64,000 nucleotides of DNA. Source: Planctomycetota bacterium. Its GTDB lineage: Bacteria > Planctomycetota > SZUA-567 > H5-PLA8. The position numbers and the translations under genes are program-made. Shown piece after piece: positions 10,055 through 20,114 of this stretch. The first letter of the stretch is position 1, and every line of letters begins with the position of its first letter. The notes under the pieces were generated by a model, which saw only the letters and a program-made list of their open reading frames with translations, ran no database searches and was not told the origin of the DNA. The stretch covers positions 32,001-96,000 of the forward strand of contig BTVV01000006.1 of NCBI GenBank assembly GCA_045863855.1, given 5' to 3'.

Positions 10055-12394
10055 TCACTTGAGCGGCTGTGCGCCGAGCGTCGCCGCGTCCACCTTCAAC
10101 ACCTGGAGGCAGCCCTTCTTGAGCGCGCACAGCGTGCCCCAAACTAAATCGCGCTTCGCGTCGTACACGAGGCCCAGGTCCACACTGGAGCCGGCCTTGC
10201 CGCGATTCATGAATTCCGCGCCAGGCATCTTTGCGGCCACCCAGCGGTTCTTTTCACAGTCGTAGAAAGGAACCACGAGACCGCCTTCGCCCTGCAAGAG
10301 GAAACCGAGCATGACCAGATCGCTCTTGGGCAGATAGACCGATTCGCGCGCAAACCGGCTTCCCTTGATCAGGTCCATGCCTTCGGGGTTAAGTTTCTTG
10401 ACCTCGCCGCTCTTCAGGTCCGCGGACCAGACCTGACCGTGCGGGCCTTCCTTGCCGGTTGAGGTGGTGAAAAGCAGCCGGTCGCGCTTCGAGTCGTAGG
10501 TGACCGTCGAAGCGTCGCAGACCGTGTGAGGCAGCGGTTCGCCGGTGGTCGGGATTTCCTTCCAGACCTTCCCGCTTTCCAGCTTCCACAGGCCGTGCTT
10601 GGATTGGTTTTGCTTGGTCTGAGTCCAGCAGATCATGCCGCTGGGTGTCGAGACCAGGTAGTTGATGTACTTACTGACGGCGAAGGGCAGGTCTTCGAAC
10701 TTTTCCGCGTGCGGCCACGTCCGTGCGATCGGATCGTAAAAAAGCGTCATCCGAGTCTTAATGTATACGACGCGCTTGGTCGTCGGGTCGTACTCGTAGG
10801 CTTGGTAATTATGATTACCCCAAGGCGCCCCGTTGAACCCCCACATCCCGGGGCCGTTCAGGTCGTAGTTGAATTCCAGCGCGAACTGCGGCCGGCACGC
10901 GATGCTCCAGCGCCCGGTGGCGATATCGTAGTGCGCCATGTCGTTGCCGAAGTACGAACTGTGCCCGCCGCCCATGTGGAGGATCTGGTCGCGATCGGTG
11001 TCCAGCGCCACGGTGCTCCACCCGCCGCCTTGCCGGTTCTCCGGCCAGCGCGGGCACTCCAGCGCCGTCCAGGTGTTGGGCGTAAGGTTTTTCAGCACGG
11101 CCGCCGTGGCGGAAACGTCCGGCTCGGGGACATCCTTCGTGTACCACTCGGGATCGAACGAGCCGCTGCGGAACTCGAGCGTCCCCGGCGGCACTCCGAA
11201 TTTGGAGGTGCCTTCGGAGTCGTGCGCGGAGGCGTCAAGCCGGCAGAGCCAAGCGCTGTGCGCACTGCCTTTTTGGGTGCCGGGACCGATCCATAACACC
11301 GTATCGTCATCGGAGACTGCGGCTACTGCGGCGCTATCGGCTCCGCCTCGGCCCGTGTAGTCGGCCGGCCCGTTCTGCTCGAAGCGGCGAATCAGCTTCC
11401 AGTCGTTTGCCACGACATCGTAGTTCCATACCTCGAAAGGGAGTGGCTTGTATAGGGTGGCGCAATACGCAGTGGACGAGGTGTAGCCCTTGCCCCCCAG
11501 CAGAACGATCTTCCCGCTCTTCGGCAGACGCAGCAGCGCGTGCCCGAATCGCGGCGCAGGATTAATCGGCGGCTTCCGCTCTTCCCATGTGCGTGTCGCA
11601 CAGTCGTAGACCCAGGTGTCCGCATAAAGCTGGTCGAGGCGGTCGCCGCCAAAGAGGACGATCTTTTTCGTGGCCGGGTCGAAGACCATCGGCGCGAGCG
11701 CGCGCGGCGGCGGTTCGACGGCAAGCTCCAGCTTGCGCCAATCGTTCTTCTCGGTCCCGTACACCCACGTGCCCGGCGCGCCGTTCTCCGTCGCCACGCC
11801 GCAGCCGCCGAAAAGCAGGATCTCCTTGTTCGCTTCGTCCGCGCACAGTGCCGACCAACTCAGGCTTTCGCGGTACGAATTGACGGCGGGCATCGGGCCG
11901 ACCGGCGCTTTCAAGTCCTCCCATGTACGCGCCTGCGGATCGTAGCGCAGCACGCGCCCGCAGATCAGCGCGTAGACCTTTCCGTCCCACGGTGCTCGCG
12001 TGTAGTGGTACCACAGGCACATATGCCGCCGGTTCGGACGTTGCAGGCCTTCGTCGTCGCCCAAGCCGAAGAAGGGGCTCTTGAAGCCCACGTCCTTGAC
12101 GTTGCCGGTCTCGCCGCCGCGACCCTCGGCGCCTTTGGGAAGTTCGTTGCGCCACTGCCTGTCCGCCGGATCGAAGCTCATCACGTCGTACGGACGTTCG
12201 CCGGTGAAGTGGTGGCTGATGGCGCCGCAGAAATACACGAAGCGTTTCAGCTCCGGTGACCAGACCAGGCCTGGAGAAAAACCGGGGCCGAGTCCGTTTT
12301 CGGTCACTTTGGTCCACTCGTTAGCCGCGGGTTCGCCGCCCATGAGCGGCATGGCGAGGCCGGCCAGCAGGAGCAACAGAGGCAGGTGCTTCAT
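10055..12394 (-). CDS. Secreted Kelch-like double beta-propeller protein, paralog of 6493-8904
   Basis: Signal peptide; KKIVLFGGD..DTWVYDCATRTW, PRFGHAL, MGGGHSSYFGND. Confidence 0.8.
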   Translation of the reverse strand: MKHLPLLLLLAGLAMPLMGGEPAANEWTKVTENGLGPGFSPGLVWSPELKRFVYFCGAISHHFTGERPYDVMSFDPADRQWRNELPKGAEGRGGETGNVKDVGFKSPFFGLGDDEGLQRPNRRHMCLWYHYTRAPWDGKVYALICGRVLRYDPQARTWEDLKAPVGPMPAVNSYRESLSWSALCADEANKEILLFGGCGVATENGAPGTWVYGTEKNDWRKLELAVEPPPRALAPMVFDPATKKIVLFGGDRLDQLYADTWVYDCATRTWEERKPPINPAPRFGHALLRLPKSGKIVLLGGKGYTSSTAYCATLYKPLPFEVWNYDVVANDWKLIRRFEQNGPADYTGRGGADSAAVAAVSDDDTVLWIGPGTQKGSAHSAWLCRLDASAHDSEGTSKFGVPPGTLEFRSGSFDPEWYTKDVPEPDVSATAAVLKNLTPNTWTALECPRWPENRQGGGWSTVALDTDRDQILHMGGGHSSYFGNDMAHYDIATGRWSIACRPQFALEFNYDLNGPGMWGFNGAPWGNHNYQAYEYDPTTKRVVYIKTRMTLFYDPIARTWPHAEKFEDLPFAVSKYINYLVSTPSGMICWTQTKQNQSKHGLWKLESGKVWKEIPTTGEPLPHTVCDASTVTYDSKRDRLLFTTSTGKEGPHGQVWSADLKSGEVKKLNPEGMDLIKGSRFARESVYLPKSDLVMLGFLLQGEGGLVVPFYDCEKNRWVAAKMPGAEFMNRGKAGSSVDLGLVYDAKRDLVWGTLCALKKGCLQVLKVDAATLGAQPLK

Positions 12395-12470
12395 GCGAGT
12401 CTCCTTTTGCTCACAGCCTGGATTGTGCCGGCCGCCAGCGTACGAACTCTTGAAGCCGATCGAACCGGAC

Positions 12471-13610
12471 TCACGCGCCGACGTCCCCGCCGCGCCGCAA
12501 CGCTTCTTCCGCCGCTTGCGGGCGAATCAGGCTTACGCGCACGTCGATGCGGCAGGCCGGACCGTCAGGCTGAGCGCGCCGTTCGCGCAAGCGGCTCAAC
12601 GCCAGCCGCGCCATTTCCGACGGTTTCCAGACCAGCGTCGCCGGAACATCACCGCCCAGAAACGCCGGCGCCAGCGTCTCGCGGTACTCGTACGCATTGG
12701 CCCAGCCGACCAACTCCACGTCCTTGCCCACTTTAAAGCCCGCCTGCCGGATCCCATCTGCCGCGCCCAGCGTCATCGCCACCCAAGGGCAGATCAGCGC
12801 CGTCGGCCGATCCGCGGCGCTCAGCAGCGCCTGGACCTGACGCGCCGCGCCTACCGCATCTTCGTTCGAAGCGATGATCGCCAGATGCCGGGGATCGAAA
12901 TCCAGCCCCGCGTCGTTCAAGCCTGCGCGCGCGCCCGCGAAGCGTTCGCGCCAGTGTGCAAAGCCCCGCGTCGGACCCACCCAGCCGATCCGCGTGTGGC
13001 CCTGTGCCACCGCATACGCCGCGCCCAACCGCACGCCGTCCACGTTGTCTTGGATCACCATGTCCACGCCCGGCTCGGTCGAATGCGCATCGACCACAAC
13101 AAACGGCAGCCCGGATTGCTGCGCCGCGCGGATCAGAGGAAGTTCACTCCCGTCCAACAGCACCGCTTGCACGCGGGCTTCGGCCAATTCACGGAAGACT
13201 TCCGCCGCCGGACGCCCTTTACAGCCCACCGCCAGCAAGGTTCCGCTAGCCCCCACATGCGCTTGCTGAAACGCGTTCAGGATCTGAGCGTGTGTCGAAT
13301 CCCAGCGTTCGTGAGGCCCCGCCTGCGCCAGTACGTACGCCACCGTCTGCACAGGGGAATGGGCGCTTGAGCGCGGGCGCACGCGGTATCCTTTAGAGGG
13401 CACCGGCTCCAACAAGCCTTCCGCCACCAACCGCGCCAGCGAGCGTCGCACCGTCACCCGGCTTACCTTGTAGCGCTGGCCCAACTCGCGCTCCGCCGGT
13501 AAGTACGCATCCGGACCCCACTGCACGCCGCCGACGAAGGCTCGTAGCGTCTCCGCAAGGTCGTCCGTCAGGTTTCGGCGAGCGGTTAAGAGCTTGGTCT
13601 GCATCGGCAT
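12471..13610 (-). CDS. GntR-HTH / LacI-type sugar-binding transcriptional regulator
   Basis: LPAERELGQRYKVSRVTVRRSL..KGYRV HTH; DNVDG..QGHTRIG..ERFAG LacI-type sensor. Confidence 0.88.
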   Translation of the reverse strand: MPMQTKLLTARRNLTDDLAETLRAFVGGVQWGPDAYLPAERELGQRYKVSRVTVRRSLARLVAEGLLEPVPSKGYRVRPRSSAHSPVQTVAYVLAQAGPHERWDSTHAQILNAFQQAHVGASGTLLAVGCKGRPAAEVFRELAEARVQAVLLDGSELPLIRAAQQSGLPFVVVDAHSTEPGVDMVIQDNVDGVRLGAAYAVAQGHTRIGWVGPTRGFAHWRERFAGARAGLNDAGLDFDPRHLAIIASNEDAVGAARQVQALLSAADRPTALICPWVAMTLGAADGIRQAGFKVGKDVELVGWANAYEYRETLAPAFLGGDVPATLVWKPSEMARLALSRLRERRAQPDGPACRIDVRVSLIRPQAAEEALRRGGDVGA

Positions 13611-13794
13611 TCCTTTGGTATTAAACTGATACTATAGAGGTATATACACCGGCGATGGCGTATCGCGCTGGATCTTTTTGATTTCTATTACTGTAGATGT
13701 GAAATGGAGTTGCGTGATATCGACTAGATTCATTAAGTGTCACGCCCGGACTTGTGTTCAACCCACCCCAATAGGCATGAGCGATCGCCTGGGA

Positions 13795-14358
13795 CTACAG
13801 TTCCCGAAGGGCCAAGTTAATCCAGCCGGAGTCCCAGTGGTGCTTCAGGTCGGGTCGAGGCAGGAACGTGTGCGCCGCCCTTGCGCGCTTCAACGCTTCG
13901 GACAGTTCGACCATCTCCGTATGAAAGTTCGCGCCAGAAATCAGAATCAGCCGATGCGTTAGCGATACCGCAGTGCGAAAGGTCTCCAGGTTTTCCATAG
14001 GCAGGTCCGTGCGCCATGCTTCATCGCCAGGATAAAAAGGAGCCGTACCCCAATTGGGGAGTTTCCTGCGCGCGACCGGCGCATCGAAGATCACAGTTGC
14101 CGCGATTCGGTGCGGAAGTTCCCGCGCCAAGTTCCAGGCGCCCAATCCCGACTTGCTGAAGCCGAACAGCACCATCCGTTCCGCGCCCAGCGCTTCAATT
14201 TGCGCGGCGGCTTCGCGGCGCACCTGAGCGTTGTACCAGACCAGATGCGGAAAGCGGACCGTGTGGATGCGCAGGTCCGGCCGTCCGCTAATCCGATCCG
14301 GGCTGGAGCCAAAGGTTAGGTCGTTCGGCTCGGTGGCGGGCAGGAAAACGAGATGCAT
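13795..14358 (-). CDS. Small alpha/beta-hydrolase-fold protein
   Basis: GFSKSG nucleophile-elbow-like motif; C-terminal KHHWDSGW His region. Confidence 0.6.
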   Translation of the reverse strand: MHLVFLPATEPNDLTFGSSPDRISGRPDLRIHTVRFPHLVWYNAQVRREAAAQIEALGAERMVLFGFSKSGLGAWNLARELPHRIAATVIFDAPVARRKLPNWGTAPFYPGDEAWRTDLPMENLETFRTAVSLTHRLILISGANFHTEMVELSEALKRARAAHTFLPRPDLKHHWDSGWINLALREL

Positions 14359-14531
14359 TCGTAAAGCTCCCCGCTCATGTGCGCCAAGCGCCGCCGCATG
14401 ACACTCGTTCGATTAAAGATTACCTCATTTAACAAAATGGGCGGATTGCCTACCACAAAACGAGCGTAACCTCGTTCTACTCCGGGTCTTTGCTTGCAAC
14501 CGGGTGGCGTTTAGGACGCACAGGAGCACGC

Positions 14532-14906
14532 ATGGTCATCGAGTATGCCGTAACTATCGTCGAGTCGAGGACGGGAACCAAGGCTGCGCGTCTGGAGGTC
14601 GTCGGAGGGCTTGATCCCAATACGCTTGACTCGTTTAAGGAAGTCGTCGAGAAGCTCTTCGATCGTGGCGCGCGCAATCTGATTCTCGACTGCTCACGGA
14701 CCAAATTCATCAGTTCCAGCGGCTTGGCCGCATTGCTGAACTTCTCGGATCGCTTTGCGGTCGCCGGCGGCGGCATGGCTATGACGCACGTTCCGCACAA
14801 CATCTTGCGCGTGATTTACCTGATGGGGTTCGATAAGCACCTTACCGTTTTTGCCGACGACGCTACCGCGCTGGTCTGGTTCAAAGGCATCGCGATGGGC
14901 ATGTGA
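14532..14906 (+). CDS. STAS-domain anti-sigma-factor antagonist
   Basis: AGGAG RBS; GLDP..LILDCS..FISSSGLAALL..LMGFD. Confidence 0.85.
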   Translation: MVIEYAVTIVESRTGTKAARLEVVGGLDPNTLDSFKEVVEKLFDRGARNLILDCSRTKFISSSGLAALLNFSDRFAVAGGGMAMTHVPHNILRVIYLMGFDKHLTVFADDATALVWFKGIAMGM

Positions 14907-14917
14907 TCGCGCCAGAC

Positions 14918-15280
14918 TTACGGATCGCGGTGCACCGTTTCAGGCGCGAAGGCCGGCAGACAAACAGCGACATACTCCGCGCCTTCGGGCTCGGGCGAAC
15001 TGTAGCGCACCCATTCGCCCGGATGCGCGATGACGGCTTGGCCCGCGCGGATTTCCAACGCGCCGTCTTCGAAATCCACGCGCAAAAGCCCGCGCAGCAC
15101 CAACGTGTACTCCGCGAATTCCGGGCGCTGTCCGGGCTCGATCCAGCCGCCCGGCGAAACCATCCGCGCGACGCTGACGCTTCGCGTTCCCGAATTCACC
15201 GCGCCCACGAATTCCTCGATGCGTTTGGGCTTATTCCCCGCCGCTTGAATCACCGTGGGTTGTTCGATCTTCGTGGGCAT
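14918..15280 (-). CDS. Cupin-domain protein
   Basis: EPGQRPEFAEYTLVLRG..AGQAVI..PGEWVRY cupin motifs; start MPTKIEQ. Confidence 0.8.
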   Translation of the reverse strand: MPTKIEQPTVIQAAGNKPKRIEEFVGAVNSGTRSVSVARMVSPGGWIEPGQRPEFAEYTLVLRGLLRVDFEDGALEIRAGQAVIAHPGEWVRYSSPEPEGAEYVAVCLPAFAPETVHRDP

Positions 15281-15384
15281 GCGCGCGCTCCTGGGCCGCC
15301 AGGGCACCATCCCATGCCGGGCGTGCGGATGCAACGGAGCGGTGCGCGAGTGCGGTCAACGCGTGGTAGAGCCGGCCCGCGCTT

Positions 15385-18300
15385 CTACTTCTCGTCTTCT
15401 TCCGCATCTTCGGAGAGCGCGCGGTAATACTGATCGACGAGCGTGCGGTATTCCTTCGGCGCCTGCTCGTCCTCTTCGGCGCGGATCTCGCGCGCTTTCA
15501 GCAAGCGCTCCACCCGGCCGTGCAGACCGCTACTGACTTGATCGAGCGCCTTCTTGGCGCGCTTGAGCGGCTCGCCGCCGCGTTCGGTTTCGGGCGTTTC
15601 TTGCGGCGGCCCGGGTTGCTTCGAAGCTTGCGCTTGCGCCTGCTGCAGTTCCTTCATCGCCTGCTGAAGCTGGCCCAACTCCGGTGCGCCGGGCTCCAGC
15701 CGCTCCAGTTTCGGTTCGAGCTTCTTCAGATCTTGCTCCAGCTTCTGTGCGGCTTCTTTGGCTTCCTTGGGCTGACCGGGTTCTTGGCCGGGCTCCGACT
15801 GCGGCTGGCCTTCCTTCGGATCCTGCGCCAGCTTCTTGGCCTGTTCGGCCGCTTGGCGCGCTTCCTGCTCCAGCGCCTGGAGCTTGGAAAGCGCATCGCC
15901 CGTCGCCTCGGCCTGGAACTGTTCGAGCTTCTGCTCGATCTTTTTCACCTTCTCGGCCAACTCCTGGCCCTGTTTGCCGGCTTGTTCCGGAGTCGGCGTG
16001 GGGCGGTCCTGGCGTTCGGCGGCCTTCTTGGGATCGCCGATCTGCTCCATCCCTTGCGCCAGCGCTTCCATGTTCTGCGGGAGTTTCTCTTCGGCCGAGA
16101 CGTCCTTGGCTTCCTGCGCCACCTGTGCGGCCGCGGGATTGGCTTCGCGCGCCAGCGCTTCCAAACCTTCGAGTTCCTTTTCGAGCCGCTTGGCGAGGCG
16201 CGCGGCTTGCTGCTGCTTGGCGGCGGCTTCGTCGCGCTTCTCGGCCGCTTCGCCGGCCAGCGGCTTTTCAGCGGCATCCTTGGGCAATTCGCCCGCCGTC
16301 GCGGCGGCTTGTTCCTGTTGCTCGCGCGTCTGCTTGGCCAGTTCCTGCGCGGCCTTGGCTTTTGCTTCCAGCGACTTCCCGGCGGCGCGTTCCAGCTCGC
16401 TCACCGCTCGCTTCAGCGCTTTCTCGGCATTCTCGGCCGCGGGTTTGGCGTTCTCGGTATCCTGTCCCGCCAGCTTGGCCGCGGCTTCGCGCGCCTGCTC
16501 GGCCGCCTGTTGCAACTGCTGGCTCGGACGTTCGCCGTTGCCTTGATTCTTCAGCGCTTCCAGATTCTTGGTCTGCTGCGCGAGCGACTCCGCGGCGTCG
16601 GCCACCTTCTGTTCTTGCTCGGCCAATTGGATCGGATCGCGCTTTTCGGCAAGGCCCTGGCCGACCTTTTCCTGCTGCTGAGTCAGTTGTTTCGTCTGCT
16701 CCAGCGCTTCGGCCAGCTTCGCCATGTCCGCGGCCTGCGTCTTATTCAGCGCATCCTGCACCGACCTCGCCATGGCATCCATGGCGCGAGCGGCCTTGCG
16801 CTGATCGTGCTCCGCCTGCTCCGCCGCGCCTTGCTTCAACGCCTGTTCGGCCTTCTCCGCCGATTCGCGGCCCGGCGCGCCCGCGGCGGCCTGTTGCTGC
16901 GCTTCCTTTAAGGACTCCGCGCCTTGCAGTCCTTCCCGTTTCGCGCGATCCGCCGCCTTTTGAAGCCGATCGGCCAGATCCTTCAAGTCCTGGCCGACTT
17001 CACCCTGCTTGCGCGCCATATGGCTCATCTGGGCCTGTGTCTGCTGCGATTCGCCTTGCGCGCCCGGTTGCTGGCCGGGTTGAGGCTGCTGGCCAGGTTG
17101 TGGCTGCTGTCCAGGTTGCGGTTGCTGTCCAGGCTGTGGTTGCTGACCGGGCTGTGGTTGCTGACCGGGCTGGGGTTGCTGACCGGGCTGGGGCTGTTGT
17201 CCTGGTTGAGGTTGCTGTCCGGGCTGGGGTTGTTCCCCCTGCTTCGGATCCTGCTTCTGCCCCGGCTGCGGCTGAGTGTCGCGCTGCATGTCCTGATTGG
17301 CCTGCGCGAGTTGCTGTTGGCGCTGGGCAAGTTCCTCCGCGTCGCGCTGCAGGTTCGCCATCTCTTTGCGAAGTTGCTGCTCCATCGCGTCGCGCGCAGC
17401 CTTCTTGGCTTGCTCCAGATTGCGTCCGGCCTGTTCGGCGTTCTGCTTGGCGTCCTGAGGCTTATTCTTTTCCAGATCCTTCTGCGCTTGCTCCAGCTTC
17501 TGCCCGGCCTCTTGAAGCTGATCGGCACTAGGCTGCAATTCTGGATTGCGGCGGGCCAGTTCGCGGAACTTTTCTTCGCGCGCCTTGGCTTCGTCGGCCA
17601 GCTTCTTGAGCGCGTCCTGCTGCTTGCGCGTCAGTTCGCGCTGCTCTTTCTCGCGCTTCTTTTCTTCTTCGGTGGGCGGCTGGCCCAGGTTGCGCGGCGG
17701 GGGCTGGTCGAGCTGCATTTTTTCCAGCCGCTCGATCTCGCGTTCGATCTCCTTCTCGCGCTCCAGCATCGGCGGCAGTTCGGCCATCTCTTCGCGCGCC
17801 TGCTGCTGGTCCTGCTGCTCCTGGCTCTGCTTTTTCTTGCGGTTCTTGCGCGACTGCTGGTTCATCGCAGACTTGAAGCGCGGGTCGCCTTCCTTGTCGG
17901 AAAGCAGCAACCGGCGCGTCTCGGAAAGATGGCGTAACGACTCCATCTCCGGCGGCACGGCCGGTTCGGGGCGGTTTCCGGTCAGTTCGTTCCCGGCCTC
18001 GGTCATCTTTTCCGAGGCCTGCTCCATATGCTTCAGTTCCTTCTCGCCGATCGGATTCGGCTGCGGCTGCGGGCCGGGCGGATGGCCGTCTGTGGCGCGC
18101 GGTTCTTCCTCGGCCGGCGCTTCGGCTTTGGCCAGTTCTTCTTTGATCGTGGCGGTCAGTTCGTCGAGCTTCTGCTTCAAGTCCAATTGCGCCTGAGCCG
18201 TCTTCAGTGCATCCTTCTTTTCCTGCTCGGCGCGCTTCTGGGCCGCTTCGGGATCGGGCTGCTTCGCGCCGGGCTCATCCAGCGTATTGCGCAGCCGCGC

Positions 18301-19989
18301 CATCGCGAACGTCTCTTTCAGCAGCTTCTTCTGCACTTCGATCAGCTTATCGAGCTGCCGCACCGACTCCGGCGTGGGCTGGTTTTGCGGCATGTCGGGG
18401 TTTTGCGGCGCGTCGTATTCTTCTTCGTCGTACACGGTCAGGAAATGAATATCGCTCTTGGCCACCTTAGGGCCGTTCAGCGTATCGTTGTCCAGCGCAT
18501 AGGCGTAATAGGCGAGCACCTCGCCGCCCTTCAGCCCAAGGCTGCCCATGTCCCACTTGAGCTTCCCCTCGGCCAGCGTCGGAGCCGGTTCGAAGCGCCG
18601 CACCATCTTCTTCTCTTCTTCCATGCCCAAGCTGTGGTAAATGCCCAGTTCGAGCAACCCCACGTCGTCGGTCCCTTCGATCTCCAGCTCGATGGTCTGC
18701 TCGCGGTGGATCATCAGGTCGCGCGCGGGCTTCTTGATCTTCACGCGCGGCTTCTGGTCTTCGAGCGCCTGGATGCGGTAGCTCGCGGCGCTGCGGTTCG
18801 AGCGACCTTTCGGATCCTCGACGCGGAGCTGGTAACGGTCGTCGCCGGTGACGGTGAAACTCAATTCGCCCTTGCGGCCCTCGATCTTCGCGAATTCCGC
18901 GCTGCGCCCCGATTCGAAGGTGGCTTCCGCGCCGGCCAAATGCGTATTCGCTTCGATCCGCACCGTCACCTGCGTGCCTTTTAAGGCACGCACTTCGCCC
19001 ATGCCCGCGGGCAGGACTTCGGGCGCCTTGCCGGTGTACGCGGGGTATTCGAGTTTCACGTCGAACTCGTCGATCTGCGGTTCCTGGTACACGTTCAGCG
19101 TGAACGGTTCGCTTTCGGCGTCGCCCGCCTTCACCATGCAGGTGACCGGTTCCAGCAGGCGGCGCAGCGTCACGTGGTACGCGCCGTCCTCGCCGCGTTC
19201 CATCAGGCGATGCTCCCACGGCGCTTCCGGATCGTCGCCCGTGCGCACCAGCAGCGTCGCTTCGTCGGGCCGGCGTCCCGATACTTCGACCGTGACCGGG
19301 ACGCTCGTCTCGACGGGGAACTCCCCGCCGGCCGGTTCGATGCGTTCGATCAGCGTCAACGTCGGAGCGGGCACCGCGGCGGTGGGCATCAGAAAACGCT
19401 GGAATGTGGCGCTGAAGAGGCGCGGGTTGATCGCTCCGTAAAGCCCTACGCCCGCGGCCACGACGAAAGCGGCCAGCAACGCCCAGCCGGCCGCCCGCCA
19501 GCGGACCGTGCGCCGGAAATCCAGCGGTTCGGCGCGGCGCTGCGCTTGTTCCAGCAGCGCGCCGACCAGCGCGGGACTTGAGGTGGCTTCCGCGAGCTTC
19601 GCGTCACGCCCGAACTCCAGCGCCGTCGAAAGCTGCGCTTCCAGTTCGGGGTAAGCGCCTTCCACTTCCCGCGCCACATGAACCGTGCCGCCCAGCTTTT
19701 TCCAGGGACGCACCACCACCCACGCCAGCACCGCGCCCACGCCGCCCAGCGTCAGCGCCAGCCAGAAGAGCCGCGAACCCACAGAGAGCTTGAAGAGGAC
19801 GTCGATCAGACTGAAGCCGAGGAACGCCGCCGCAAAGACCGCCAAGCCCAGCAAGGCGCCGGTCGCCAGGAACTTCATGCGATGACGCCGCCGCACGCCC
19901 TCCACGCGCCCCTCGATTTGCGCCCACGCATCCCGTGCGCGACCGGTGAGCTGCGGTTTGACGGGTGGCGGTTGAGTGGTCGTCGACAT
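15385..19989 (-). CDS. Large membrane-anchored coiled-coil protein (DUF4175-like) with QPQPGQ repeats
   Basis: Three N-terminal TM helices, beta-rich region (YPAYTG, DDVGL, YALDND), very long Gln/Glu-rich coil, C-terminal PKEYRTLVDQYYRAL. Confidence 0.75.
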   Translation of the reverse strand: MSTTTQPPPVKPQLTGRARDAWAQIEGRVEGVRRRHRMKFLATGALLGLAVFAAAFLGFSLIDVLFKLSVGSRLFWLALTLGGVGAVLAWVVVRPWKKLGGTVHVAREVEGAYPELEAQLSTALEFGRDAKLAEATSSPALVGALLEQAQRRAEPLDFRRTVRWRAAGWALLAAFVVAAGVGLYGAINPRLFSATFQRFLMPTAAVPAPTLTLIERIEPAGGEFPVETSVPVTVEVSGRRPDEATLLVRTGDDPEAPWEHRLMERGEDGAYHVTLRRLLEPVTCMVKAGDAESEPFTLNVYQEPQIDEFDVKLEYPAYTGKAPEVLPAGMGEVRALKGTQVTVRIEANTHLAGAEATFESGRSAEFAKIEGRKGELSFTVTGDDRYQLRVEDPKGRSNRSAASYRIQALEDQKPRVKIKKPARDLMIHREQTIELEIEGTDDVGLLELGIYHSLGMEEEKKMVRRFEPAPTLAEGKLKWDMGSLGLKGGEVLAYYAYALDNDTLNGPKVAKSDIHFLTVYDEEEYDAPQNPDMPQNQPTPESVRQLDKLIEVQKKLLKETFAMARLRNTLDEPGAKQPDPEAAQKRAEQEKKDALKTAQAQLDLKQKLDELTATIKEELAKAEAPAEEEPRATDGHPPGPQPQPNPIGEKELKHMEQASEKMTEAGNELTGNRPEPAVPPEMESLRHLSETRRLLLSDKEGDPRFKSAMNQQSRKNRKKKQSQEQQDQQQAREEMAELPPMLEREKEIEREIERLEKMQLDQPPPRNLGQPPTEEEKKREKEQRELTRKQQDALKKLADEAKAREEKFRELARRNPELQPSADQLQEAGQKLEQAQKDLEKNKPQDAKQNAEQAGRNLEQAKKAARDAMEQQLRKEMANLQRDAEELAQRQQQLAQANQDMQRDTQPQPGQKQDPKQGEQPQPGQQPQPGQQPQPGQQPQPGQQPQPGQQPQPGQQPQPGQQPQPGQQPQPGQQPGAQGESQQTQAQMSHMARKQGEVGQDLKDLADRLQKAADRAKREGLQGAESLKEAQQQAAAGAPGRESAEKAEQALKQGAAEQAEHDQRKAARAMDAMARSVQDALNKTQAADMAKLAEALEQTKQLTQQQEKVGQGLAEKRDPIQLAEQEQKVADAAESLAQQTKNLEALKNQGNGERPSQQLQQAAEQAREAAAKLAGQDTENAKPAAENAEKALKRAVSELERAAGKSLEAKAKAAQELAKQTREQQEQAAATAGELPKDAAEKPLAGEAAEKRDEAAAKQQQAARLAKRLEKELEGLEALAREANPAAAQVAQEAKDVSAEEKLPQNMEALAQGMEQIGDPKKAAERQDRPTPTPEQAGKQGQELAEKVKKIEQKLEQFQAEATGDALSKLQALEQEARQAAEQAKKLAQDPKEGQPQSEPGQEPGQPKEAKEAAQKLEQDLKKLEPKLERLEPGAPELGQLQQAMKELQQAQAQASKQPGPPQETPETERGGEPLKRAKKALDQVSSGLHGRVERLLKAREIRAEEDEQAPKEYRTLVDQYYRALSEDAEEDEK
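17071..17232 (-). repeat. Nine tandem 18-bp coding repeats encoding (QPQPGQ)9
   Basis: Units read directly, e.g. ctggccgggttgaggctg, ctgtccaggttgcggttg, ctgaccgggctggggttg. Confidence 0.95.
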
Positions 19990-20021
19990 GCCGTTACTCC
20001 TTCGCGGGCATCGGTCTTAGG

Positions 20022-20105
20022 CACCGCAGAGAACGCTGAGCGCGCAGAGATTCTCGAGGGCTCATGCGCCAAGGTACCTCAGCGCGTTCCGCGTTCGCGG
20101 CGGTG
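20022..20105. repeat. REP/MITE-like intergenic imperfect inverted repeat
   Basis: Arms CACCGCAGAGAACGCTGAGCGCGCAGAG (20022-20049) and CTCAGCGCGTTCCGCGTTCGCGGCGGTG (20078-20105), 23/28 complementary, 28-nt spacer. Confidence 0.7.
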
Positions 20106-20114
20106 AACTCAAGC

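Noticed and set aside
17071..17232. Possible CRISPR or non-coding repeat array
   Set aside because: Units are contiguous with no spacers, are in frame inside a CDS, and no cas genes are present
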